64,000 nt of DNA from Planktothricoides raciborskii GIHE-MW2 (GCF_040564635.1 NZ_CP159837.1:291801-355800); one strand, 5' to 3'; shown: positions 50,397 through 61,422, counted from the first letter of the stretch. The notes: generated from the letters alone by a model not told the origin. Translations and numbers: made by a program.

Positions 50397-50571
50397 TAGG
50401 GTGCGTTAGGCGCTAATTCTATTCATATAAAAACCGTTAATTTTCAAAATAGCGCCGTAACGCACCATCTTTATTTAGCGTAGGTTGGGTTCAGTAACGG
50501 GTAGGGTGCGTTAGTCGCTAACTTAACTGATATAAAAACCGTTAACTTTTAAAATAGCGACGTAACGCACC
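50397..50571. repeat. two tandem copies of a ~70-bp element, each an imperfect hairpin (ggtgcgttaggcgcta ... tagcgccgtaacgcacc)
   Basis: Direct read. The copies differ at about 8 positions. They lie between permease paralogs B and C. Confidence 0.8.
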
Positions 50572-50631
50572 AAATTGACATTAAGCAAAACTACAATTTT
50601 CAAGCAGTGATTAACCCACGACATTTACATC

Positions 50632-52359
50632 TTAAATTGTAGGCAATTTCACTGGTTTCAGCAAGGCTTGAGTGGCTGACTGACCCAAATGATTCACTCG
50701 CCGTTTCAACACCAAAGTTAAACCACCTAAAATGGCAAATTGCCCCACAAAAGCTAACAGCACATAATTGAATGAAATATGTTCTGTGGCCGCCCAATAA
50801 AAGGCGGAAAATAGCCAGAGAAATGGTTGGTCATCGGGTTCCAGGGAAAACAAGACAAAAACCATTAGAGGCAAAACAGTTAATGTCTCTACAATGCTGG
50901 CTGCCCAAATGCCTCGTTTCTGGGTTTTCATTAATAACATTAACTGGGCAATGACTGCGTAAATGGTAATCGAACTAATGAATAATAAGAGATTCCCTAA
51001 AGCAGCGGTTTTGATTGTTTCATTAGGCCATAGCAAAATCCAAGGGACTAATAAACCAGCGGCAAAAATAGCATTAAGCGCGATCGCCACAATCGCCGGA
51101 CTTTTTTCACCCCAAACCAAATCCTGCCACAGGGATTTAAAACTGTTGCTGTGAGAATATCGCGCCCAATCTTGTACCGTTTGCCGGTGAGGAGAAAGCG
51201 CCGCGATCAACCCAATAAACAGCAGTAGATTTAAGAGTAATATATAACCCAAATTCTCAGAAAAAGCTCTAATAAATTCGCTATATTCATAAGGTTGTCC
51301 TTCTTGCAGAGCAAAACCTAGCATCGCTAATTGAAACAGAGCAACCAGGTTATAACTTTGGCGCTTACTAATTATCGTGGCGGTGGGGTTGGGGAAGCGA
51401 CGAGAAAGCCCTTGCCAGATAGCATAAGTCCAGAGGCAGTAATTTACCACCATGAGGCAAAAAATAGCGATCGCCGAAGCACCTAACGGCCAATAAAACC
51501 ATTGCCAAGAAGATAAATTACCGTAGTTAAAATAATGCTCTGCGGGTTGTAAGCTGGCTAGATTCTTAGCAACTAAGTTTGGCAGTAATATGGCGGGATT
51601 GAATAAATTTAGCCAATCGATAGGTGAATGAAGGACTGGGGTTGAATATCGCTCTAGTCTTACAGATGTGAATGCGAGGCAGCCAAAGACTAAACCACTC
51701 CCTAACCAGGTTTGAAATCCACCTAAGTAAGCAGTGGTTAGCCCAAATAGCATGGCTAAACTATAGAAGAAAATGCAGCCAGCAATTACGGCGATATCAA
51801 AACCGATGATTAATCCCAAGGGAATTTGGGCGGATAATCCAGCCCAAGTATGCAGCGGTATGGCCAATAAAACCCCCAGATAAAGTAATATTGGTACGCC
51901 GAATAGTTTACCCAGCAAAATTGTTTGGGTAGACCGAGGACTGACGCGGATAAAATTTAGGGTGCCATTTTTTTCTTCTTTGGCTAGGTCGCTGATTAGC
52001 ATATATGTCCCCGCCACAAAGAGGGCGAAAACCGCTGCAAAACTGAGCCACAAAAATATGTCTAGCCACCATAAATCCCAGTTAATTAGCACTTGGCCAG
52101 AAGTATCTGTTAAACATACATATCCAGAGTTTATTTCGCGGTAAGTTTCTAAGCAGTAGTAATGGGAATAGTATGTATTTAGGCTGTTGGGTAATTGGCT
52201 GCCGTAAGTCCCCACTAGAATTATCTGACTTACGAGGGAAATTGCCGCAGCGATCGCCACATTGCGGGTTTTCAGTCGCCCTTTGACTTCTCGAAAGAGT
52301 TGGGGATTGATATCACTCAAACTGTCCAGCCATTTTTCAACAAATTTTTTTAGATTCAT
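50632..52359 (-). CDS. long ABC-2-like permease paralog B
   Basis: INPQLFREVKGRL, EEKNGTLNFIRVSPRS...ILLGK and SPHRQTVQDWARYSH. Confidence 0.55.
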   Translation of the reverse strand: MNLKKFVEKWLDSLSDINPQLFREVKGRLKTRNVAIAAAISLVSQIILVGTYGSQLPNSLNTYYSHYYCLETYREINSGYVCLTDTSGQVLINWDLWWLDIFLWLSFAAVFALFVAGTYMLISDLAKEEKNGTLNFIRVSPRSTQTILLGKLFGVPILLYLGVLLAIPLHTWAGLSAQIPLGLIIGFDIAVIAGCIFFYSLAMLFGLTTAYLGGFQTWLGSGLVFGCLAFTSVRLERYSTPVLHSPIDWLNLFNPAILLPNLVAKNLASLQPAEHYFNYGNLSSWQWFYWPLGASAIAIFCLMVVNYCLWTYAIWQGLSRRFPNPTATIISKRQSYNLVALFQLAMLGFALQEGQPYEYSEFIRAFSENLGYILLLNLLLFIGLIAALSPHRQTVQDWARYSHSNSFKSLWQDLVWGEKSPAIVAIALNAIFAAGLLVPWILLWPNETIKTAALGNLLLFISSITIYAVIAQLMLLMKTQKRGIWAASIVETLTVLPLMVFVLFSLEPDDQPFLWLFSAFYWAATEHISFNYVLLAFVGQFAILGGLTLVLKRRVNHLGQSATQALLKPVKLPTI

Positions 52360-52371
52360 GGTGATTTGTCT

Positions 52372-53940
52372 CTATACTGACGTAAGTAATTTTTGAGAGT
52401 CAGAGGCACCGAGATGATGCAATTTTTTGGTTAAACCAAAACTCAATCCGGCAATGACTAACCATTGACCTAATATAACAAAACCGATCGCGATCGCGGG
52501 GGCTTCTGGCACCGCTGCCCAAGCTATACCAAATACCGAAAACATCCACAACACCGGAGATTTGTTTTCTACCGCTAATAAAATTAGTATCGGTAAAAAG
52601 ATAGCGCTAGTTAATTCAATTAAGGTTAAACCGGCTCTTTGTTGGCTTTTCATTAATAGCCCTAGCTGAATAATTAGGGCATAAATTAAGATTAAATTAA
52701 CGCTCATCACCCAAGCGGCGATCGCTTGCATTGAGTTAGAAATACTGCTATTGACTAAGATCCAAAAAGGGATCAAAATTAAGCTGCTAATGCCGATATT
52801 AAGAGCGATCGCTGCTGGGGCGGGACTTTTTTCTCCTAAGATTAAATCTGCCCATAAATTCTGTTTTTCCCCAGCGCTTGTTCCTTGCCAGAAATTTTGA
52901 TTTTGATTTCGATATCGTGACCAATCAATCAGAGTTGGTCTTTGCGGACAAATTATGGCGGCAATAATTAAGAGAAAGCCTAGGTTAATAATGGAAATCG
53001 GCAGTAAAGTGAATAATAAGCTTTTATCATCTTTAATTACCGACATGAATGGCCAAAGTAATCCTAGTAGCCATACTTGAAAACTGCCCACGATCCAGTA
53101 ACTTTGTTTTTTGCTGATTAAGGTGCAATGAGGATGATTAAATCGGCGATTTAAACTTTGCCAAATCCAATACGCAACCGTCCCAACAGTCATCAATGTC
53201 CAGAGAGTCATTAACCCTAAATGGTTGCCAATTGGTAAAGCAAACCATTGCCAGCTTTCCCAACCATAATATGTCAGGCTAGACCAGGAAAATCGGGTAA
53301 AAATTATGGCTAAATACGATGACCCTAAACAAAAACTCACGATAGCCAAGGCGCTTTCTTGATGTTCGGCGCTACTAAACAAAATAGTCAGCATAGCCAA
53401 GGAAAAAAGAAAAATAGCCCCCACCAAAACTATAGCATATAAACTGACCAACCATCCGAGCGGAATTCCCGCAGCGATCGCGGAAATTAAATGTAACGGA
53501 ACTGCCAGTAAAATTGTCAGATAAACTAATATCGGCACCCCTAATAATTTGCCGATAAAAATTTTATGGCTGGACTGAGGACTTAAGCGAATAAAATTCA
53601 GCGTACCCCCACGTTGTTCTTGAGTTAAATCACGCACCAGCAGGTAAACTACACCGCAGAATAAGATCAAGGAAAGCATCCAATAAAGAAATTGAAATAT
53701 TAATAACCATTTAATTTCCCAAACATATTCTACACAATAACCGAGGGAGTGATTATTTTCATATTTAATACATTTTGAGTCAGATAATGCGGTAAAGAGT
53801 AGAAATTGAAAGCCTAAAGAACCTCCTCCGACCCAGATTAAGTTCCGCAGGGTTAATCTTCCTTTTAGTTCTCGAAATAACTGGGCATTCCAGTCACCGA
53901 CTATATCGATTATTTTGTCAATCATTGTAATTGTGAACAT
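52372..53940 (-). CDS. long ABC-2-like permease paralog A
   Basis: WNAQLFRELKGRL, EQRGGTLNFIRLSPQS...IFIGK and CPQRPTLIDWSRY. Confidence 0.55.
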   Translation of the reverse strand: MFTITMIDKIIDIVGDWNAQLFRELKGRLTLRNLIWVGGGSLGFQFLLFTALSDSKCIKYENNHSLGYCVEYVWEIKWLLIFQFLYWMLSLILFCGVVYLLVRDLTQEQRGGTLNFIRLSPQSSHKIFIGKLLGVPILVYLTILLAVPLHLISAIAAGIPLGWLVSLYAIVLVGAIFLFSLAMLTILFSSAEHQESALAIVSFCLGSSYLAIIFTRFSWSSLTYYGWESWQWFALPIGNHLGLMTLWTLMTVGTVAYWIWQSLNRRFNHPHCTLISKKQSYWIVGSFQVWLLGLLWPFMSVIKDDKSLLFTLLPISIINLGFLLIIAAIICPQRPTLIDWSRYRNQNQNFWQGTSAGEKQNLWADLILGEKSPAPAAIALNIGISSLILIPFWILVNSSISNSMQAIAAWVMSVNLILIYALIIQLGLLMKSQQRAGLTLIELTSAIFLPILILLAVENKSPVLWMFSVFGIAWAAVPEAPAIAIGFVILGQWLVIAGLSFGLTKKLHHLGASDSQKLLTSV

Positions 53941-54080
53941 ACTTATTTGTTCCAGATACTTTTTGTCGGTTATTTGTTCTTGGTTGCTGGGTTAGAAACT
54001 GGGGCTAACTGTTAATCCGACATTTAATCCGACATTGCCGTTTCCCTACCCCTGCCCCTCTGCCCCTCCGCACTCCTGCC

Positions 54081-55031
54081 TTAAGAGGCTTGCTTATGTC
54101 CTAATTTGAGAAAAATGGTTTCTAGGTCTTCTTGGGTGCAATGAAATTCCGTGAGAGCAATGCCACTTTCTACGAGCGATCGCAGCAATTTAGCGCTATC
54201 TTCTGGATTACCGGAAAATTGCACCCGCAGACTGTTGCGATCGGAAAGAATTTCCCAGCCGTCTATTTGGGGATGATTACGCAATTCAGACTCTAATGCT
54301 TCTAATTTACCCAAAGTAGAGATAATAATTTGCTGGCCACTTAATCTTTGATAAAGTTCTTTCAGGGGCGCACTTTCCACCAGATAGCCAAGTTCCATAA
54401 TGCCTACGGAGGTGCAAAGTTCCGCTAAGTCGCTGAGAACGTGAGAAGAAATTAAAATTGTCATCCCCGCTTCTCGGAGAATTTTGATAATTTCCCGAAA
54501 CTGCATCCGGGCGATCGGATCTAACCCAGAGACAGGTTCATCTAATAGTAAAAGTATTGGTTCATGGATAATGGTTCTGGCTAAACTGAGGCGTTGTTTC
54601 ATCCCTCGCGATAGGGTAGAAATTAAGCTATTGCGTTTATTGCTGAGTTGCACCAATTCTAGTACATCATAAAGCCGTTGACGGCGCCGGGGTTGTCTTA
54701 AGTGATAAAGACGGGCAAAATAGTCGAGATAATCCCAAACAGTGAGGTCATCATAAAGAGGAAAATCATCGGGCAAAAATCCCAGCCGTTGTTTCAGGGT
54801 CGGATTAGAATTATCTCTTAATAAACGTTCCCCATTAATATAGATTTCTCCAGTAGTGGGTTCTTCCGCAGTGGCTAACATTCTAATTAGTGTCGTTTTG
54901 CCTGCGCCGTTGGGGCCAATGAGTCCATAAACTTCGCCACAAGCTACCTGTAAATCTACATCATTGACGGCAATTTGTCGGTCAAATTGCTTAGTCAGTC
55001 CGCGAGTATCGATCGCCAGTTCTTTTGCCAT
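54081..55031 (-). CDS. ABC transporter ATP-binding protein with C-terminal extension
   Basis: Walker A GPNGAGKTT, signature LSRGMKQRLSLAR, and Walker B LLLDEP. Confidence 0.9.
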   Translation of the reverse strand: MAKELAIDTRGLTKQFDRQIAVNDVDLQVACGEVYGLIGPNGAGKTTLIRMLATAEEPTTGEIYINGERLLRDNSNPTLKQRLGFLPDDFPLYDDLTVWDYLDYFARLYHLRQPRRRQRLYDVLELVQLSNKRNSLISTLSRGMKQRLSLARTIIHEPILLLLDEPVSGLDPIARMQFREIIKILREAGMTILISSHVLSDLAELCTSVGIMELGYLVESAPLKELYQRLSGQQIIISTLGKLEALESELRNHPQIDGWEILSDRNSLRVQFSGNPEDSAKLLRSLVESGIALTEFHCTQEDLETIFLKLGHKQAS

Positions 55032-55214
55032 AGCTGCTGTAGGATATGAAGGATTAGGCTGATTAATAGCCTAGCCTTTCTCTACAGGAATCGTCATCCG
55101 CTTTTCGCAAATCTGACAAAGATTTAAGATTTGTAAATTTTGGGTTAATTTTTCGCCGTAATATAGCCCTAATATATAGGAGTGAATCCCTCGGCCATCC
55201 CCAGGAATCTATCA

Positions 55215-55880
55215 ATGCTGCTATTGCAATTTAGTACCTCTCATTACTGTCGGAAAGCCCGACTCGCACTCGGTTATAAAAAAATATCTTATACCGTTAA
55301 CAATTTAACCCCAGGATTACACGCCCTCAAGATTAAACCTCTGACAGGGTTAACCACTACCCCGGTACTCTTGCCAGAGGTTGACGGGCAACCCAAAGCC
55401 ATTGGGGACTCGACCCAAATTTTGAAATTTCTCGAAGCTTATAGTCCCGAACCGCCATTATCTCTAGGCAGCACCCTAGACACCGAAGCCTGGATGTTAG
55501 AAGATTGGCTTGATGAAAGTATTGGCACCGCTACCCGGTTTGTTTACTATGATTATCGCGCTGGAGAAGGCAAAGCGATTGACCCTTCCTTTTCCAGCCA
55601 ACTGGTGATTACCATCGTCCGCCAACAATATGGCATTACTCCCGCAGCGGTCGCCCTTGCCAGAGATCGCCTCACAACCGCCTTCGCGGTATTACAAGAA
55701 CGCTGGCAAACCCGTCCCTACTTAGTGGGCGATCGCCTCTCCGTAGCCGACATTGCTGCCGCAGCCCTTCTCAGTCCCCTTGCCCTCATTCCTGAATATC
55801 GGCAAAAATACCCCTGGCTATTTGAACGCATTGCCCAAATCCATCACAATTGCAATGAACCCCTACCCCCTGGTTTGTAA
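55215..55880 (+). CDS. glutathione S-transferase-family protein
   Basis: Thioredoxin-like N-domain (LLLQFSTSHYCRKARL ... TTPVLL) and a helical C-domain. An in-frame GTG at 55182 is an alternative start. Confidence 0.6.
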   Translation: MLLLQFSTSHYCRKARLALGYKKISYTVNNLTPGLHALKIKPLTGLTTTPVLLPEVDGQPKAIGDSTQILKFLEAYSPEPPLSLGSTLDTEAWMLEDWLDESIGTATRFVYYDYRAGEGKAIDPSFSSQLVITIVRQQYGITPAAVALARDRLTTAFAVLQERWQTRPYLVGDRLSVADIAAAALLSPLALIPEYRQKYPWLFERIAQIHHNCNEPLPPGL

Positions 55881-55984
55881 TGAAAATGGTTAATCGTCCC
55901 ATATTATCTCGTCTCATAGCGCCTAGGACACCGCATTGCCCTGTCCCTAGGGCTCCTGCCCCCCTGCCGATGGCGGGCTCCCCT

Positions 55985-56050
55985 GCTCGTTGGCGGCTCC
56001 CCTGCCCCCCCGCTCGTTGGCGGCTCCCCTGCCCCCCCGCTCCCCTGCTC
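55985..56050. repeat. 27-bp tandem repeat gctcgttggcggctcccctgccccccc, about 2.4 copies
   Basis: Direct read. It produces the Pro/Ala-rich translation of ORF 55880-56326. Confidence 0.8.
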
Positions 56051-56769
56051 CTCTGCTTCCTCCTCCCCACCCCCGCGATCGCCTTACCGCCTCCAGAAGA
56101 CCTGCCGGAAGAAATTTTACGCACAGAGATCATCACCGAAGCGCGATCGCCCATTGATGGTCAACCCATCACCCCTGCGGAATATGCAAAACTCCAGCTA
56201 CAACAACCAGAACTCTGGACTGACAATCCCAACCTCCCTACTGGAACATCAGCATTCTCGGCCACCAGCCACATTATCAATAAATTTCCCATCCGCTACT
56301 TACTGCGGCAGATGTTCCCTCTTTAGTGCTATTTGTTATTTGTTAATTGTTACTTGTTATTTGTTGTTTGTAGTTGAGCAATATATCCCCTGACCGACCC
56401 CTAGCCACCGGCTTGTCACCTACTAAAGATCGATTGTAGCCATTTTCCTTTACATTATTTAATATCTCTGGTGTATGAGAATATCGTCTCATCACCCAGC
56501 AACGGTTCATGCCGTTTTGCAGGGGTTTTGCCTCTACCCGTATAGGGTTAGGTTTTCTCCTGTCCCTGTCCTCAACCGGAAAACCGATGACCACTGGAGC
56601 TTGCCTAGGCTTGTAACAATTTCTCACATAAAACAAATTTATCCCCAAACGTGGGATAAATTAAGTGAGAAATCGCTGAAAACTCATAACAATGAGATGT
56701 TTTTATAAACAAGATCAAGAGGCAACTTATCTTTTCTCACATTAGTAAACTTCATAATTAGGTAGGTTC

Positions 56770-59088
56770 ATGTCCATAACCATTACTCCCGATCAAGTTA
56801 ACAGTATTGTATGGAACCAACATCAAGACCCCTTTCAAATCCTTGGGCCTCATCCGATTGAAGAAAATGGCAAAGTAACAAGCTGGGTGGTGCGAGCTTA
56901 TCTACCCAACGCCGAAGCAGTCTGGGTCGTACTCCCAGAAGTCAGAAAAGAATATTCCATGCAATCGGTGCATAATGCTCACTTCTTTGAATGCACCATC
57001 GAAACAACCGAACTTTCTAACTATCAGCTACGGGTCAAAGAAGGCGATCGCGAACGGGTGATCTACGATCCTTATGCCTTCCGGTCTTCCAAACTCACGG
57101 ACTTTGACATCCATTTATTTGCCGAAGGCAACCATCACCGCATCTATGAAAAACTAGGCGCCCATCCAATGGTGGTTGAAGGAGTCAAAGGGGTATATTT
57201 CGCCGTTTGGGCTCCCAATGCTCGCAACGTATCAATTTTGGGAGATTTTAACTCCTGGGACGGTCGCAAACACCAAATGCGGAAAATCGGCAACGGGATT
57301 TGGGAGTTGTTCATTCCTCAAATTGGGGTAGGGGAAGCCTACAAATATGAAATTAAGAATAATGAAGGTCATATTTACGAAAAATCCGATCCCTACGGTT
57401 TCCAACAAGAACCCCGCCCCAAAACTGCCTCGATCGTTACGGACTTAGAAACCTACACCTGGACCGATCGCGACTGGATGGAAAAACGGCGTCACACCGA
57501 TGCCTTAACTCAGCCCGTTGCCGTCTATGAATGCCATTTAGGTTCTTGGCTACACGCAGCTTCAGCGGAACCAGCGGTTAAACCCGACGGCACCGAAGAA
57601 CCCGTAGTGGTTGTGTCGGAACTGAAAACCACCGCTCGTTTTCTCACCTACCGGGAACTCGCCGATCGCCTCATTCCTTACGTCAAAGAACTCGGCTACA
57701 CTCATATCGAACTGCTACCCATTGCCGAACACCCCTTTGATGGCTCCTGGGGCTACCAAGTCACCGGCTACTTTGCTCCCACTTCTCGCTACGGCAGTCC
57801 CGAAGACTTCATGTACTTCGTGGATCAGTGCCACCAAAACGGCATTGGGGTATTGGTAGACTGGGTGCCCGGTCACTTCCCCAAAGATGGTCACGGTTTA
57901 GCCTTCTTTGATGGGACTCACCTCTATGAACACGCCGACCCGCGCAAAGGCGAGCACAAAGAATGGGGCACCTTGGTATTTAACTACAACCGCAACGAAG
58001 TGCGGAACTTCCTCTATGCCAATGCCCTATTCTGGTTTGACAAATACCACATTGACGGCATTCGGGTGGATGCAGTGGCGTCTATGCTGTATCTGGACTA
58101 TGCCCGGAAACCAGGGGAATGGGTTGCCAACCAATATGGCGGACGGGAAAATATTGAAGCGGCTGATTTCCTGCGGCAGGTTAATCACCTGATTTTCAGT
58201 TATTTCCCAGGGACACTTTCTGTGGCGGAAGAGTCCACCGCTTGGCCGATGGTTTCCTGGCCGACTTATGTGGGCGGTTTGGGCTTTAACCTCAAGTGGA
58301 ATATGGGCTGGATGCACGATATGCTGGACTATTTCAGCATGGATCCTTGGTTCCGCCAGTTCCACCAAAATAACGTCACCTTCAGTATGTGGTATAACCA
58401 CAGCGAGAATTTCATGCTGGCGTTATCTCACGATGAAGTGGTTCACGGTAAGAGCAATATTATTGGCAAGATGCCGGGCGATCGCTGGCAGAAATTCGCT
58501 AACCTGCGCTGCTTATTTGCCTATATGTACGCCCACCCAGGGAAGAAAACCATGTTTATGGGCATGGAATTTGGCCAATGGAGTGAGTGGAATGTCTGGG
58601 GTGACTTGGAATGGCAACTGTTGCAGTATGAACCCCACCAACAAACTAAGCGCTTCTTTAGTGAATTAAACCGGCTTTATCGCCAACAACCCGCCCTTTA
58701 TACTTGGGATTTTGCTCAGGAAGGGTTTGAGTGGATTGATTGCAGCGATAACCGTCATAGCGTAGTTTCTTTTATTCGCCGCGCTAAAGACTCCGATGAA
58801 TTTATTTTGACAGTTTGTAACTTCACCCCTCAACCCCACAGCCATTACCGGGTTGGCGTACCCGAACACGGTTTTTATACCGAAATCTTTAACAGCGATG
58901 CTAAAGAATTCGGCGGCAGCAATATGGGCAACCTAGGCGGTAAATGGGCTGATGAATGGTGGATGCACAATCGTCGCTATTCTTTGGATCTTTGCTTGCC
59001 TCCTTTGGCGGTGGTGATGTTCAAACTCGATCGCCAAAAAACCGAAGAAGCCCGTAAAGCTTTGTTAGCAGAAAGTCAGAATCAATAA
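56770..59088 (+). CDS. glgB: 1,4-alpha-glucan branching enzyme
   Basis: 772 aa with CBM48 and GH13 catalytic blocks (YELHLGSW-like, [23 protein letters not shown]-like [32 protein letters not shown]). Confidence 0.95.
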   Translation: MSITITPDQVNSIVWNQHQDPFQILGPHPIEENGKVTSWVVRAYLPNAEAVWVVLPEVRKEYSMQSVHNAHFFECTIETTELSNYQLRVKEGDRERVIYDPYAFRSSKLTDFDIHLFAEGNHHRIYEKLGAHPMVVEGVKGVYFAVWAPNARNVSILGDFNSWDGRKHQMRKIGNGIWELFIPQIGVGEAYKYEIKNNEGHIYEKSDPYGFQQEPRPKTASIVTDLETYTWTDRDWMEKRRHTDALTQPVAVYECHLGSWLHAASAEPAVKPDGTEEPVVVVSELKTTARFLTYRELADRLIPYVKELGYTHIELLPIAEHPFDGSWGYQVTGYFAPTSRYGSPEDFMYFVDQCHQNGIGVLVDWVPGHFPKDGHGLAFFDGTHLYEHADPRKGEHKEWGTLVFNYNRNEVRNFLYANALFWFDKYHIDGIRVDAVASMLYLDYARKPGEWVANQYGGRENIEAADFLRQVNHLIFSYFPGTLSVAEESTAWPMVSWPTYVGGLGFNLKWNMGWMHDMLDYFSMDPWFRQFHQNNVTFSMWYNHSENFMLALSHDEVVHGKSNIIGKMPGDRWQKFANLRCLFAYMYAHPGKKTMFMGMEFGQWSEWNVWGDLEWQLLQYEPHQQTKRFFSELNRLYRQQPALYTWDFAQEGFEWIDCSDNRHSVVSFIRRAKDSDEFILTVCNFTPQPHSHYRVGVPEHGFYTEIFNSDAKEFGGSNMGNLGGKWADEWWMHNRRYSLDLCLPPLAVVMFKLDRQKTEEARKALLAESQNQ

Positions 59089-59103
59089 GTTCTCATAAAA
59101 CCT

Positions 59104-59173
59104 AGAAACCGGGTTTCTGTCAAAATATCTTCGCCACCTAGAAGATATTTCACAGAAACCCGGTTTCTTTTTC
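59104..59173. terminator. bidirectional terminator-like inverted repeat between glgB and cyanoP
   Basis: agaaaccgggtttctg ... cagaaacccggtttcttttt, with an inner aaatatcttc/gaagatattt palindrome. Confidence 0.5.
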
Positions 59174-59218
59174 AATGGTGGGCAAAAGCCCACCAGAAAT
59201 ACCACCAAAAAATTGAAA

Positions 59219-59761
59219 TTAATAAACGGAGAAAGAAGCCACCACTTGCTTTAAAGTTTCCGCAGTTTTTTGCCAGCGATTTGCGGTGGTAGACACATTA
59301 AAGCTGAATAGTTTACCGCGACTAATCGCCACACTGGCAATATCATGGCGATCTTGGTTGGCCAATTTTACCGCATATTCTAAGATATAATAAGTTTTGT
59401 CTTTCTTTTCTATGGCAGTGGCATTGATTAACTCTGCTTGTCTTCCAGAACCTTCAGGGGCGATCGCTTTCTGCAAGATTTTATATCCCACCGTTGAAGG
59501 ATCGCCAATATCCTGAAGTTTTTCATTTTCTGGAATTTGAGAAATCACCACGCTGACATTTTCGCTCGACTCAATTAAATCTTTGAACACCACATCTGGG
59601 CCATTTTTCACCGGCACCTCAACCCATCCATTCGGATACAAAAATTCATAACCTTTATAGCTATTCACATAAGGTTTTAAACCTGTGGTCGGTGAACTCA
59701 CACAACCTGTTAAGCTAATAGTCAAAACAACGAGAATAATGGCAGCAATTCGTTTAAGCAT
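59219..59761 (-). CDS. psbP: PsbP-like protein (cyanoP) lipoprotein
   Basis: Lipobox LTGC and a PsbP-fold sequence (YEFLYPNGW ... YYILEYAV). Confidence 0.8.
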   Translation of the reverse strand: MLKRIAAIILVVLTISLTGCVSSPTTGLKPYVNSYKGYEFLYPNGWVEVPVKNGPDVVFKDLIESSENVSVVISQIPENEKLQDIGDPSTVGYKILQKAIAPEGSGRQAELINATAIEKKDKTYYILEYAVKLANQDRHDIASVAISRGKLFSFNVSTTANRWQKTAETLKQVVASFSVY

Positions 59762-60081
59762 CTTTCTGATTTCCTTGCAATCTTCCGATCAATGACTCTG
59801 ACTTGAATATAAGCCTGCCCCCGTGAAGACGAGGGTCAGAGCCATTCACCATAGATTTATTTTCACATCCAATGGCCGCTTTTCTCGATCTTTTGTCGCG
59901 TTGTAGAGCATGGTAGAACCAAGGAAAGGTAGCGCGATCGCTGTCCCCTCCCGAACCTCATCCCCTCCCGAACCTCATCTCCTCGAGAACCTCATCCGAC
60001 GGCAGTCCCCCGACGTAGCAACACATCTGCATCAAAGCTTTATGATAATCAAATATCCTTTACAAAACTTCATAACTGACC

Positions 60082-60966
60082 GTGATTGCAGAACCACTTA
60101 CCTCACCCAGTACCTTGGAACCACTCACCTGGGAGTGGCAAAACCATCAAATTAAATACATCGTCAAAGGCACAGGTCTGCCCCTAGTTTTGGTGCATGG
60201 GTTCGGTGCCTCCATTGGACATTGGCGTAAGAATATTCCCGCCTTGGCTGAGGGGGGTTATCGGGTTTTTGCTCTGGACTTATTGGGATTTGGCGGTTCC
60301 GATAAAGCCCCAGTGGACTATTCCGTGGAACTGTGGCAACAATTGCTCAAAGATTTCTGGCATGAACATATTCAAGAACCCGCTGTATTTATTGGCAACT
60401 CTATTGGGGCGCTGCTGAGTTTGGCGATCGCCGCTAATCATCCCGAAATCGTCGCTGGTGGGGTATTGCTAAACTGTGCCGGTGGCTTAAATCACCGTCC
60501 TGAAGAACTGCATTTTCCCCTGCGGCAAATTATGACCATCTTTACTAATGTGGTCAGTTCCCCAGGGTTAGGGCCATTTCTCTTTGACCGCATTCGCCAA
60601 AAACATCGCATCCGCAACACCTTGCGGCAAGTTTACGGCAACAAATCTGCTATTACCAACGAATTAGTCGAATTACTTTATCAACCCTCTTGCGATCCAG
60701 GGGCGCAAAAAGTTTTTGCCTCCATTGTCACCGCCCCTCCAGGCCCACAACCCACGGAATTATTACCCTTGGTCAAATGTCCCCTCTTAGTTTTGTGGGG
60801 CGAAGATGACCCCTGGACTCCGGTGAGTGGCGGGCGAATTTTCCAAGAGTTTGCGCGATCGCAACCCATTAAATTTGTTTCCATTCCCAAAACCGGCCAC
60901 TGTCCCCATGACGAACGGCCAGAAGTGGTCAATCCGTTAATTTTAGATTGGCTCAACAATCTGTAA
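60082..60966 (+). CDS. alpha/beta-fold hydrolase
   Basis: LVLVHGFGAS, nucleophile elbow GNSIGA, and a C-terminal GHCPHDE triad region. Confidence 0.75.
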   Translation: MIAEPLTSPSTLEPLTWEWQNHQIKYIVKGTGLPLVLVHGFGASIGHWRKNIPALAEGGYRVFALDLLGFGGSDKAPVDYSVELWQQLLKDFWHEHIQEPAVFIGNSIGALLSLAIAANHPEIVAGGVLLNCAGGLNHRPEELHFPLRQIMTIFTNVVSSPGLGPFLFDRIRQKHRIRNTLRQVYGNKSAITNELVELLYQPSCDPGAQKVFASIVTAPPGPQPTELLPLVKCPLLVLWGEDDPWTPVSGGRIFQEFARSQPIKFVSIPKTGHCPHDERPEVVNPLILDWLNNL

Positions 60967-61300
60967 TTGTTCGTCATTAAAGGAAATAGTGTTTCCTTGG
61001 TGAAACAGCTTGATGCGGAGCAATTAGGCATCAACATTAAGCATCAAGAGCAACAAAAGGTGGGCAATACCCACCTTTTTATCATTTTTAATTATGTCTA
61101 GAATAAAAAATCAGTTTAGGTTAAAATAACCAATATATCGAAACCCTAGATGAATTGTGAGAGAATGGAAGAGATAAGTAGAGACAGCCAGTGGCTTCTA
61201 TTCTATGCTAGACGACTTAGGATTGCTATATCTAGCAAAAATTAGCATAACTCTGTAGGCGATCGCCCACAAAGAGAAAACCGGGTTTCTTTCCGTAGGG

Positions 61301-61422
61301 GTTGGCAGCGGATGGGATAGTTGATGGGATAGTTGATGGGATATTCCGTTGGCAGCGGATGGAATAGTTGATGGGATAGTTGATGGGATATTCCGTTGGC
61401 AGCGGATGGAATAGTTGATGGG
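61301..61422. repeat. 47-bp tandem repeat, about 2.6 copies (gttggcagcggatggRatagttgatgggatagttgatgggatattcc)
   Basis: Direct read. The complement motif ctatccgctgccaa recurs inverted at 61625-61660. Confidence 0.85.

Noticed and set aside
55880-56326. 148-aa ORF after the GST gene
   Set aside because: The N-terminal half is generated by a 27-bp tandem repeat, so it is not called as a CDS. The C-terminal part might be real but is unsupported.
58027-58669. Antisense or alternate-frame ORFs within glgB
   Set aside because: glgB is unambiguous over its full length, so these are shadow frames.
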